This document shows, one piece after another, positions 23,317 through 33,225 of a DNA stretch of 64,000 nt. Under the pieces are notes generated by a model that was not told the origin of the DNA, searched no databases, and worked only from the letters and a program-made list of their open reading frames with translations. Every line of letters starts with the position of its first letter. Within the stretch, counting starts at the first letter, position 1. This stretch comes from Tetramitus jugosus (lineage: Eukaryota > Protista > Heterolobosea). The translations under genes were made by a program, and so were the position numbers. The stretch covers positions 434,001-498,000 of the forward strand of contig OW569360.1 of NCBI GenBank assembly GCA_937625935.1. Reading direction: 5' to 3'.

Positions 23317-26300
23317 TCAAAAAGAAAGCAAAGGGAGAGGAGCGAAACACCGAGAGCTGAGAACGGACACACTCGACAACCCAAATACAAATGCAACGGT
23401 ACAATAAATCACTTCTTCTATGAGAAGAAAGGATTAGAGAATATGTTGAAAGACATAAAGTGCAAGGAATGCATTGACGCTACTCCAATACCTGAGAAGA
23501 TTGGAAAATTATACGAATTATGCATTTGCGGTACATGGTTTGCCTACCAGCACCGAGCGAAGCATTTAGACAAGTGTGACGTAGTAAATAATCGGATTGA
23601 CACTCAGAGCAATGTATTGAATCAGCAATCTCAAAGCAATGTCCAGAATAATAGTATGACAGTGCCTCAGACGCCTGCTACATTGCAAAACACTACTACG
23701 AGTAATACAGCAGCATCTGTTAGTGCACAGAGTATCACTACTGGTGCTCGTAATGCATCGTCTGGCACAACCGTTGCTTTGAAAGATATTCCACTTATTA
23801 CGAGTGATCTGAACAAAATTGTTGTTAACACATCTTATAAGAATCAGAACAGGAATTATCTAGGTCAAATCGATAATACTCAATTACGACGGAGCAGAAT
23901 TAACGATTATTTAATAGCACTGCAGAAGTACACCAAGTGCAAAAATATTGACAGAATTATTCTTGAAACAGATATCTGCAAGAATGCTTTAGACGCCATG
24001 AATAGAAAGTCGTACCATGAAGGCGTCGTAGATGGAATTAATCTGATTAAGCAACATCTGGAGTCGGTATCTGATCTAGCAGCATCACTGATGACTGGTG
24101 CAGCATTCAACAGGTTGATTCATCTGATTACATACACACATACAGAAAAAGTGAATATGGATGAAGAAGAGTTAAAGAAACATGTTGAAGAGACAAAGGA
24201 GTCTCTGCATAAGTACTGGTATGGTTCACAGATTACTCTTGAGAGATCTGATAAGATACAGTCTCTACTTGATAATATTCCGTTGCAGGAGAAACTACTG
24301 TCTCTAATCGAGTCACATGGTGGGTATAAGAGTGTAATTGAGAAGAAAAAGTTGACTGCTGTTGCTAGAGAACTACATGAATGGTGTAAAAGACAAAGTG
24401 ACGTAAACACAGCAAATCTGTCAGACGTTTTTTCTGGTACCGCTGCTGGTAACGTTATTAAGGAATTATGTATCTTCAGAGCTGAGACGTCAGTGACAAG
24501 CAACATCAGACTAAGATCGACAAGAGCTCAGCTGGTAGATAGATACGGAGAGAAGCATAAGATATTCAAACTCAGTGATTCTCTGGAGATCAATGCACAA
24601 TCTAGATGTTATATTGTAGGTCAAGAAAGTCTTGATGATCTACCATCAGTAGTGAAGGAAGAGGAGGGAAGACTCTTTGTCTATTGGGGCGACCAGAAGC
24701 TAGATCTATTTACTTTAGCATGTGACAGAAGGTACTCCTATGTTGGAAATCTGGTGGAACAACCTAATGCAACAGGACGCTCAGTGTTAGTCAGGCATAT
24801 AGATAAACGTGTAGCATCCGCTATTCGTATGTATAGAATGTATGAACGCGATCTATGGCTTGATATTGAGAAGGGATCAACTATATTTTTGGATATGACT
24901 ACATGGTTGGATGGGTCCAAAGTTGATAAGAGCGGCAGAAGTGATACTTGCATGCAGCTGATAGCAGATCCTAGATATATGAAGACAGATGATAAACAGA
25001 AAGCTGTTATAAGAAGTCCTATTTCAGTAGGTATGACCTGGGAGAGCGAGACAACTATTATTATTACATCATTATGCGCAGTACTCGTTCAAGATATGAT
25101 TAACTTGAGTACCTTTAAGTGGACGCATCCAGATGGATTTACTGTCACTTTTACCAGAGTGTCATAGACAGTTTTTCAACGGCTTGACGCCACAAGTACT
25201 CGGAGTATCTGTTGCGTTGGGGAAGCAGCACCTTGCTACCACAGCAATTCAGAAGTATAGACAAGACAATAAGTCACTTGATATTTCTGTGGATGAAACA
25301 GAGATCACCTGCATCATGAATGAAGTTGAGCACAAATTAGAGCTAGCTACAGTTATATCGAAATTGTCTGAAGTGGATAATGATGAACGCTTGCTTGATG
25401 TATTGTATATACTTGTATATATCCACTGCAACAGAGCAAATTTAACATTGAAAGACTTTGGACCTTATACTGTTCAGCGATGCTCCGCACGCTATTGCAG
25501 GTCTCAACGACAGATTGTACAATCTATTCTGTATGGAGCAGGGAGGCAACAAGGTGATGGTTACTGATCGAACATTTGAATTGTTAGGTCTGGCAAGATC
25601 AGATATGAATCATAGTGATAAAAGAGAGTCTATACTCCGATCATTTGAGATCTATTTTGGACAGAAGCAGATTGAGACAGGACCTGTTGATACAAATACT
25701 ACGCAAGCTCCTCAGCCCTCTGAAGCATTTCAGAAAGCACTTGAAGAGCATAATACTCGATCTCAAATGGATATAGATGATAAATACGTACTTGAAATTG
25801 TCTCCAAGACCATTGATATACCAGCCACAATTACAGAAGTATCACAGAGTAATTCATTGTTACATACGAGTGACGAGGATGATGTGATCATGAGTGAGAG
25901 TACTCCGGAGAGAATCAATCCATCTCAGCAATCGAGTGATGCTAACCAATCTACATCCACCAATCCACAATTTGCAGTGCAAGAGTCAGTTGGGAATTTA
26001 ATGTGGATCTTGTTATTAATGCAATGGCTAATCAGACTATGTTCTATGTCAGAAGAAAAGAGAACAAAGAAAGAGCAGTACAGATTTCATATGGTAACTT
26101 TTCTGCTATTTGTTCTGTGCACAGATAGATATGGAGCAAAGATTATGACGAATTATTTGCATGACATCGGGATACATATGCCAAATTTGTTTGAGAAAAT
26201 AGCATTTGCAGCTGTGAATGGTGACATGTTTGAAGAGTGTTTTGCAGAGCTTAAGGTGTTTATGAGAACATCTTGTCACCGAAAGCTAGAAGCAGAGATC

Positions 26301-27104
26301 GCATGTTTTATCAAGAGAAACAAGATGGATCACTACTATATGATTCATCCATCTCAGAAGAGAAGGAAATCGAATAGTAGAATCAAAAAGTTACTTGATG
26401 AGATGCAAATCTGCAATATACTATTGACTCAGACATTTCTCAACTCCAAGTACAAGGATATGATTGATGCCAAGATATCTCAGATGAAGAAGGATCCAGA
26501 GTATGCAGATAGGTTTGTGCAAGTTGGATCTGGGATATTATTGAATTTCACAGGTGATATTGGATCACCAGTGTATTTACCATCACGTCCAATGCTTGTA
26601 GAGAAGGAGATCACTATTGCGGGAAAGATGTGTAAGCGCCATGGATGCGACTCTGTAGCTAAATCCAAGCTTTGTGATTATTGTGCTGATTGTTGTATTG
26701 GATATTTTGAATGCAGGCCAGAAGGTAAGCTTTGCAGTCCGCATCTGAAGACCAACAAAGAAAGAGATGCTGCGAACAGATCAATAGCTGCTGGCAAAAG
26801 CGAATTTACTGAAGGAAGTGTTCCTATGAAGAATCGAGCGACTAAATGTGTCAATAAGTCAATATCGGGTTCATCCTCTGGATCTGGCGATTCTGATAAG
26901 CAATCTACACATGCAGTTAATAGTACAGTTTCTATCAAATATGCTAATAAGCAAATTGGGAGAGGCGTTATCCTAAAGTTTGAGAAGGATAGAAGGGATC
27001 AATACTATGTCAAAATAACAGATCTGCAAGCTACTTCCAGTAGAAAACCGTTTGAGAAAGACGGCAGCTATTGGTTGAAATATAACAATCTGACAGTGGA
27101 TTGA
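23317..27104 (+). mobile_element. RAG1/Transib-like DDE transposase gene (~1250 codons), split by one TAG and two apparent +1 shifts at 25165-25460
   Basis: Ordered motifs: TWLDGS (D at 24910), RSPISVGMTWESE, RLD-x15-CYH (D at 25186), SDAPHAIAG (H at 25488), MNHSDKR, KIMTNYLHDIGIHMP (H 26160/26175), NGDMFEE (E 26232/26235). Zinc fingers at both termini. Confidence 0.8.
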
Positions 27105-27333
27105 CGGATCTGTTAATTTTCATGACTGACATGTTTTCGGCGTGCAGCAGTTGCTTGAGGGAGCTTGTGAGTTGTCATTGTTTTTTGGAAATATTAATGT
27201 AAAACTTTGTACCCATAATATTAATTTTACTTTCAGCGATATATGTTATAACTGCGCGACACGACAAGCGTCTTGGGACCCAAGTCATCTGTCATGTCAG
27301 GCACTGACAAGTGATGTATGATATTGATGTATG

Positions 27334-27372
27334 ACAGCACAGATTAGTGTGACACTCCTTAGTCTGTGCTGT
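27334..27372. repeat. Inverted repeat / hairpin downstream of the transposase
   Basis: ACAGCACAGA (27334-43) pairs perfectly with TCTGTGCTGT (27363-72). Confidence 0.7.
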
Positions 27373-27501
27373 AGTCTTTCACTGATAGATGTCTCCAGGA
27401 GAGGCAAGAAGGAGGAGCTCGATTATAGGACACATGAGTTGGCCATTACCTTGTCCAGAATAGCTTTAGACTAGAAATACTTTTTGGCTTTAACTACAGT
27501 G

Positions 27502-28100
27502 ATTTTGTTTTCCTCTGGTAATCCGGTTGCCGGAAGCCATTTCTTTTAACACACTGACTTGGTGGCGCAGGTCGTCCACCTTGGTACATCTTGGTCAGCC
27601 TCTTGCTGACAGGAGCACGTGGGCGTGGAAGAAAGCTTCGGCATACGTTTCAGACTCCATCTCAACAAAGGCAGTGTTGTGCTTCTTGAGCACATTCTTG
27701 ACCTTTGTTTTCCCGAGCATGGCCTTGATGTCGTCCTACGTCTTACCTTTGACTCCGTGGAGGACGACCTTCTTTGGCACAATCAACGTTGTGCTTGAGT
27801 GCTGCCTTGCAGCCACTCATCTTCTTGTTGCGGTTGAAGGATTCAACAAATGGATAAATGTTGTCATCAACAACAGTTACCCAAGCAACAAACCTCTTGG
27901 GGCCCTTCTTGATGACTTGGACCCTGGTGAGCAAATCACCAAAATCCAAGCCAATCTTCTTGGCCAAGGCAGCTTTTGGAGAGTCATCGCACTTTCCAGT
28001 GATGATGACCTCCTGGCTGCTTGGAGCAGTTCCTCTTGGTGCTGTGGTCCACACAGCATAGCGTGGATTCTCATACTCACGAACAACAGAGGTGTGTTCG
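27502..28100 (-). pseudogene. Degenerate RRM-like + zinc-knuckle-like ORF (non-LTR retrotransposon ORF1-like), truncated
   Basis: Frame 1 ...VVREYENPRYAVWTTAPRG...EVIITG...RFVAWVTV; after a frameshift near 27785: KVVLHGVKGKT*DDIKAMLG...NTAFVEMESETYAEAF...RG*PRCTKVDDLRHQVSV. Confidence 0.45.
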
Positions 28101-28107
28101 TTTTTTC
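28049..28107 (+). repeat. 59-bp block (copy 2) upstream of tRNA-Ile
   Basis: 57/59 identical to 21923-21981; hairpin 28079-28101 plus T-tract. Confidence 0.9.
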
Positions 28108-28174
28108 ATCGGCGTTTTTTGTGTTTCACCAATTTTTTCAAGTTCGTCCTAAAACCGAAATTCTAAAAATAGAA

Positions 28175-28247
28175 GGTCGTTTAGCTCAGTCGGTAGAGCG
28201 TTGGTCTAATAAGCCATTGGTCGCAGGTTCGATCCCTGCAACGACCA
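28175..28247 (+). tRNA. tRNA-Ile (anticodon AAT), copy 2
   Basis: Identical to 22039-22111, including AAATAGAA upstream and TTCGTTTT downstream. Confidence 0.97.
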
Positions 28248-28310
28248 TTCGTTTTATTTCTCGATGGCCGCGGCTACAGCTCGAAATAAAAGGATCTTTA
28301 AAGATTACCA

Positions 28311-28919
28311 ATGGCCACAACGCAAGAGTACATGAACGCGACTCAATCTGAGCTCGTTTCAATACTCTACAGTCTCCAAAGTCACTGGAACATTCTGGAG
28401 GAGGAACTCATTGAGATAAACAAGGACATTGTTCATATACGAGAATGCTTGGCAAAGTATGGTGAGCATTTTCGAACGCCGTTGGAGTACCTCAAAGACC
28501 TGAAGAGAGAAAAGAAGGAAGTCATGAAGAAGATTATTGAGAATATGGACAATTTTGAGATGCATGTTCGAGGAGGTAGATCACTGGTTCAGGATCTCAA
28601 TCGACAAAAGGTCGAACAAATGAATGAGAATGCCACACAACAAACGACACCTTCCACTGGTTTCCTACCTCAAACTTCTCGACCCAACCGGGTCATCAAT
28701 CCTCTGAACCGAAGCAGAGAAGCGTTTAGGCGTGCACCCACTGATGTTCTCTCTTCGTCAGCTCGAGTGGAGAATGCTGTTTTCGTTACGACCACTCCTC
28801 ACGCCACAACACCTCAGTACAAACTCATCACCAAGAATCCCATTCCAACATCATCATCAGACACATACACGAAAACCAATGTGAACAAAATACGTTCCGA
28901 AGAACAAGCGGGATTCTAA
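28311..28919 (+). CDS. Coiled-coil protein, SSNA1/DIP13-like N-terminal 100 aa
   Basis: Ungapped register with remembered SSNA1 (SELV at residues 13-16; SLVQDLNR at 91-98); heptad pattern. Confidence 0.5.
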   Translation: MATTQEYMNATQSELVSILYSLQSHWNILEEELIEINKDIVHIRECLAKYGEHFRTPLEYLKDLKREKKEVMKKIIENMDNFEMHVRGGRSLVQDLNRQKVEQMNENATQQTTPSTGFLPQTSRPNRVINPLNRSREAFRRAPTDVLSSSARVENAVFVTTTPHATTPQYKLITKNPIPTSSSDTYTKTNVNKIRSEEQAGF

Positions 28920-29024
28920 GGTTGAAAGACATTGACAATTTTTTTGCCAGAACAAGTTGTAGTTGAGCTCCCCACGGAACTTGCCACTTTAGCCAAACAA
29001 AAAACCAAAAATCAAACAAACACA

Positions 29025-30185
29025 ATGAAACGAAGCAAATCAACCACAACAACAATAAACAACAACAAATCTAGGACAGCAACCTACTCCTCAATAATTG
29101 TGTGGTTGATTGTAGTCACGTTGCTCGTCACATGTACTTTTTCAATTGTCGTTTCTGCATCTCCTGTGTCATCATCATCATCACCCATTGAAAATTATCT
29201 CGTAATGGACAATGATGACTACAGTAGTCGTCATCATAATAGTATGGAATCACAGGAGGACATGTTAAGGCGACATTATCAATCATTATCATTACAAAAG
29301 AAGAAGAAGAAAAACAACCATGTGGATGATGAGAAGGAGGAGGAGGACGATCGAGCATATATGGATATGGGAAGTAGTAGTCATAGTCATCATGTTCATC
29401 ATATCATGAAAACAATGACGACTACAATGACGATGATGAACCTTGCAGTTGAACAGAACATGTCATTGATTCAAGATGATACAGTGTTGGTTGTCGTAGT
29501 GGAAGAAGATGTGAATAAGAAGCATGACAAGAAAACTCTGAACGAAACAATGATGACGGAACGGGAATTGACGATGCAAACGTTGAATCAAACGAGTTGT
29601 CATGAATTGTCGGTTGATTATTTGAATTGTACGTTGGATCAACAATGCATCATGGGTATGACCTATGAAGCACAGTGTCAAGTGATTCATGAGTCTTTTA
29701 ACAGGAGTAGTGGTAGTAGTAGTAATAACAATGGAACGAATTACTTGAATTTTGAGTGCTTGGGCAATCAAACGTTCACAAAAAGCTATCAATGTCATTA
29801 TTGTTGGCAATTGAAGGAGAATGAGCACTATACTTGTTCTCCTGTGGAACCGTACTACAAGAAGCAGTGCACTCAGAGTGGAACAAAAGCTTACTTGTCA
29901 GTTTGTCAAGTGCATGACCATGTGTTGTGTTTGGGTCAGCGCACATTTATAAAGTCGAAAACTTGTAACTTTACAACGGGCTACAGATGGACAAGTGCAG
30001 TATTGTATAGTGTGTTTCTCGGAGGATTTGGTGCAGATCGGTTCTATCTGGGTGATGTAGGATATGGATTCTTTAAGCTGTTCTCGTTTGGAGGATTGGG
30101 TATCTGGACGTTGGTGGACGCATTGCTGTTGCTTGTGGGATACCGAGGTCCAAACGATGGTTCTCTATTCTTTAGTGAGCCATGA
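29025..30185 (+). CDS. TM2 domain protein (TM2D3/almondex-like)
   Basis: Signal/TM segment, Cys-rich [37 protein letters not shown]...[15 protein letters not shown]. Confidence 0.92.
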   Translation: MKRSKSTTTTINNNKSRTATYSSIIVWLIVVTLLVTCTFSIVVSASPVSSSSSPIENYLVMDNDDYSSRHHNSMESQEDMLRRHYQSLSLQKKKKKNNHVDDEKEEEDDRAYMDMGSSSHSHHVHHIMKTMTTTMTMMNLAVEQNMSLIQDDTVLVVVVEEDVNKKHDKKTLNETMMTERELTMQTLNQTSCHELSVDYLNCTLDQQCIMGMTYEAQCQVIHESFNRSSGSSSNNNGTNYLNFECLGNQTFTKSYQCHYCWQLKENEHYTCSPVEPYYKKQCTQSGTKAYLSVCQVHDHVLCLGQRTFIKSKTCNFTTGYRWTSAVLYSVFLGGFGADRFYLGDVGYGFFKLFSFGGLGIWTLVDALLLLVGYRGPNDGSLFFSEP

Positions 30186-30504
30186 TGTGTGAAGAACCCA
30201 TACACATAAATTATTTATTCGCACTTGGTTCTCTTCTTGAGCACTTCTCTTTTCTGGTCTAGTGGGAGGATGGGAGAGGGATCATCTCTCACTCCCCTGT
30301 CGAATGTCACTCGTTCCGGTTTGGTTAAAACTTCCCAAAAACTACCGCAAATGGTTCTAAAAAAGAAAAGGTGAGACAACACTCATGGAAGAACTCTGCT
30401 CGAGGGAACAGTTCCCAGCGACACACCATCCCTTTATCTTCGGATGTTCTTCTCTTCTGTTATCCCAAACAAAATCAAACACACAATTGTTGCCAACAAG
30501 TGAT

Positions 30505-31893
30505 ATGGAAGATAAAAGTAATGAATTCGTCTCTACGAACTATGGTCAGAGTGAAGTATTGACTTACGGAGCTCCGCCAAGCTATGACAATGAAACATTT
30601 TCGACACACGGTGATGTTCATTTGAATATGGACTATCATAGTACTTATCCTGATGCTCTCCAACAGCCACCTCAAGATTTCAATAGCAATAACGGTCTTG
30701 GTACAGGTGCTGTGGAGTACCATACTATTTCCTTGCAAGAAAGCACTGAAGTAGTTGAGCACGTTCAGCTCCATGAACAGACGAACGTTTATCCTCTCAC
30801 CAGTAGTGAGATGCCAGCCTATGGTCTGACTAATGAGCAACCGCTGTATGAATCCCAAGTCCAACAACAGCAACAGCCACAATATCAAGATCCTGTCCTC
30901 AAGAAGGAAGAACCAATGAAGATGCAAGAGGTTGCTACTGTGACTAATCAAGTAGAGGTTGATTTGACCAACACAACCGTGTTGCAATTCCCTGATAATG
31001 TCGACCTCTTACCAAACAAAGACTCCTCGACTCCTCCAACTAAGAAGAGATCAGTGGGTCGATGGAGAGTACTCAAGCTTGGATCATACATGCCATCCAT
31101 TATGGTTCTCATTTTGACTCCTATCTTTTTCTCTGCATTTATCATGATACTGATCGAGTGGGACAAGAAAAGCAAGACAAAACTCAATCGAAAGCAGAGG
31201 AATTATGCCTACGTTGGAACATTTCTCGGTGGTTTCTTACTATTGATGAGTGTTGCATACTATTACACGAATAGTTTAAGGTGTGGAACTCTTCAGTTCT
31301 TGAGAATGAAGGGTGAAGATATTCAGGTTTACCAGTACATTGAAGACATGAGAGCCAGATTTCCCTATTTGGCCATGCATGTCGAGTGTTATCATTGGGA
31401 AACTCGTACGAGATATGTGACGTACACCGATTCTCAGGGCAGAACTCACACCAGAGTTGAGACCTATCAGGTAAAAGTGGTCACATACAGAGAGACTCGA
31501 ACTCTTGCATTTACCAAAATGACTGATGCTTCACTGCCATTTGGCCTTGATAAGAACACTATGAAAAAGTACATCAAGTTGTACCTGTACAAGGCAATCA
31601 TGCTGGGCGATGATATTACACGATTAGCTGTGGAGAATGCTAAGGCCCGAATCGTTATTGACAACCGATACAGAGACACTCATATTTCTTACAGTGATGA
31701 GTACTGTATTGATGGATATAGGCACAGAGTAATGGCTGATATTGATGCCGCACAGACTGCTCCTCTGTTCGGCTATGGCTGGTTCTGGCTGTTCACTGTA
31801 TTGGGCTTGACACTGCCCTATCGTATATACGTTAACCTTCGATGCCATGCACAAGAGTACACTCTGATCAAAACAGTCTCTGTCATGCCTTAA
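30505..31893 (+). CDS. TMEM151-family membrane protein
   Basis: Two TMs, ECYHWETRTR...KVVTY, WFWLFTVLGLTLPYR. Start 30505 or 30385. Confidence 0.8.
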   Translation: MEDKSNEFVSTNYGQSEVLTYGAPPSYDNETFSTHGDVHLNMDYHSTYPDALQQPPQDFNSNNGLGTGAVEYHTISLQESTEVVEHVQLHEQTNVYPLTSSEMPAYGLTNEQPLYESQVQQQQQPQYQDPVLKKEEPMKMQEVATVTNQVEVDLTNTTVLQFPDNVDLLPNKDSSTPPTKKRSVGRWRVLKLGSYMPSIMVLILTPIFFSAFIMILIEWDKKSKTKLNRKQRNYAYVGTFLGGFLLLMSVAYYYTNSLRCGTLQFLRMKGEDIQVYQYIEDMRARFPYLAMHVECYHWETRTRYVTYTDSQGRTHTRVETYQVKVVTYRETRTLAFTKMTDASLPFGLDKNTMKKYIKLYLYKAIMLGDDITRLAVENAKARIVIDNRYRDTHISYSDEYCIDGYRHRVMADIDAAQTAPLFGYGWFWLFTVLGLTLPYRIYVNLRCHAQEYTLIKTVSVMP

Positions 31894-32060
31894 CAATGTC
31901 ATTGTTGGGATCCTCTGCACATTACAAAAAATTCACGCTTCATGAAGATTTCTCCTTCGCCCCTTGTTGGTTTTCACATAAAAAGAAAACATCCGACAAG
32001 CAATTTCGCACTCTCCGTTGTGAAAACAACTCTCGCTTTTGGTTTTTCTCTCGTCTCGTG

Positions 32061-33143
32061 ATGATGATTGTCAATGTTTTCTCTCATCTGTGCAACTTTA
32101 TTGTCAGATCGATTCTGTTGCTCTTTAGCACTCTTGCCTTGATTGTGATACTTATTTATGTCTATCCACATCCTCATGTGGACCAATTGGCTCGTAACTG
32201 GCCCAACAAGACTCTCGATGTGCACATTCCAGTGCAAGCACAGTTCCTAAACGTGTCTCTCTCCAATGGAATTCATCTCAATGTGATTGAAGGTGGAAAA
32301 CAACATGAAAAGCTATTGATGTTGTTGCATGGATTCCCAGAGACTGCTCTCATTACGTGGGGTCACCTCATTGATCGTTTTATCGATGAGGGATATCATG
32401 TGATTGCACCAGATATGCGTGGTTATAACCAGAGCTCGAAACCTCAGGGTAGAGCCTCTTATTCGATGGAAATTCTGGCAACAGATGTTCAATTGTTGAT
32501 TACGGAGCATGCAGGCAAGCAGAAGGCAACAGTGTTTGGAGTGGATTGGGGTGGTATTGTCGCATGGCAATTCAGTCAACAGTATCCACAGCACTTGGAG
32601 ATGTTTATTAACTCGATTTTGTACTTTAATTTGGAGAAGGCAAATACCCAGGCTGAACTGAGACAAGTTGCAAAGAGTTGGTACGTTTTCTTCTTGCAAT
32701 TGAAGGGAATTGCAGAGGGAGCCATCTCAAGGAACGATTTTGCACTGTTGTTTAATGTGGCACGATTCGATGACTTGGGCAGAAAGGGATTCTTCTCTCG
32801 AAAGTTGGCTGAACGTTTCCTATCTTCCTACAGAGATGAGAATGGCAACTCAAACTTGCTTTATCCAATCAATTACTACAGAGACTATGTTCTGAACGTT
32901 GTGATGAATCCAAAGCCAAAAGAGTCAAACATCCAGGTTGCAGTCCCTACTCTCATCATTTATCCAGAGAGAGACCATTATGTGGAAAAGGAACTCGCAA
33001 GACAAACATTTGAGCAAATGGTGGCTCCATCCATCAAGAAACACAGCCGATACGTCATCATTGACTCCAGTCATTGGATGACTCTCGAAAAACCTGACTT
33101 GCTGTTCGAAACAGTTCGTTCCTTCCTCAAGCAACAACTCTAA
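32061..33143 (+). CDS. Alpha/beta hydrolase, epoxide hydrolase (EPHX4-like), N-terminal membrane anchor
   Basis: LLHGFPE, APDMRGYNQS, GVDWGG nucleophile Asp, INYYR, SHW. Confidence 0.9.
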   Translation: MMIVNVFSHLCNFIVRSILLLFSTLALIVILIYVYPHPHVDQLARNWPNKTLDVHIPVQAQFLNVSLSNGIHLNVIEGGKQHEKLLMLLHGFPETALITWGHLIDRFIDEGYHVIAPDMRGYNQSSKPQGRASYSMEILATDVQLLITEHAGKQKATVFGVDWGGIVAWQFSQQYPQHLEMFINSILYFNLEKANTQAELRQVAKSWYVFFLQLKGIAEGAISRNDFALLFNVARFDDLGRKGFFSRKLAERFLSSYRDENGNSNLLYPINYYRDYVLNVVMNPKPKESNIQVAVPTLIIYPERDHYVEKELARQTFEQMVAPSIKKHSRYVIIDSSHWMTLEKPDLLFETVRSFLKQQL

Positions 33144-33225
33144 ACTGAGAACGTCGAAATAAAGTATACCCTTTGCAGCAGCAAACTCGATCTCCGTCAA
33201 ACACAAAAACCAAGGCAAAAAAACG

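Noticed and set aside
27334-27390. Helitron 3' end
   Set aside because: The hairpin is not followed by a clear CTRR terminus, and there is no Rep/helicase ORF.
20040-28250. Stop-codon reassignment to explain in-frame TAG/TGA in the island
   Set aside because: Host genes end in TAA, TAG and TGA normally, and the island also has frameshifts.
27527-28351. 274-aa plus-strand ORF
   Set aside because: It runs through the tRNA and is the antisense shadow of the minus-strand relic.
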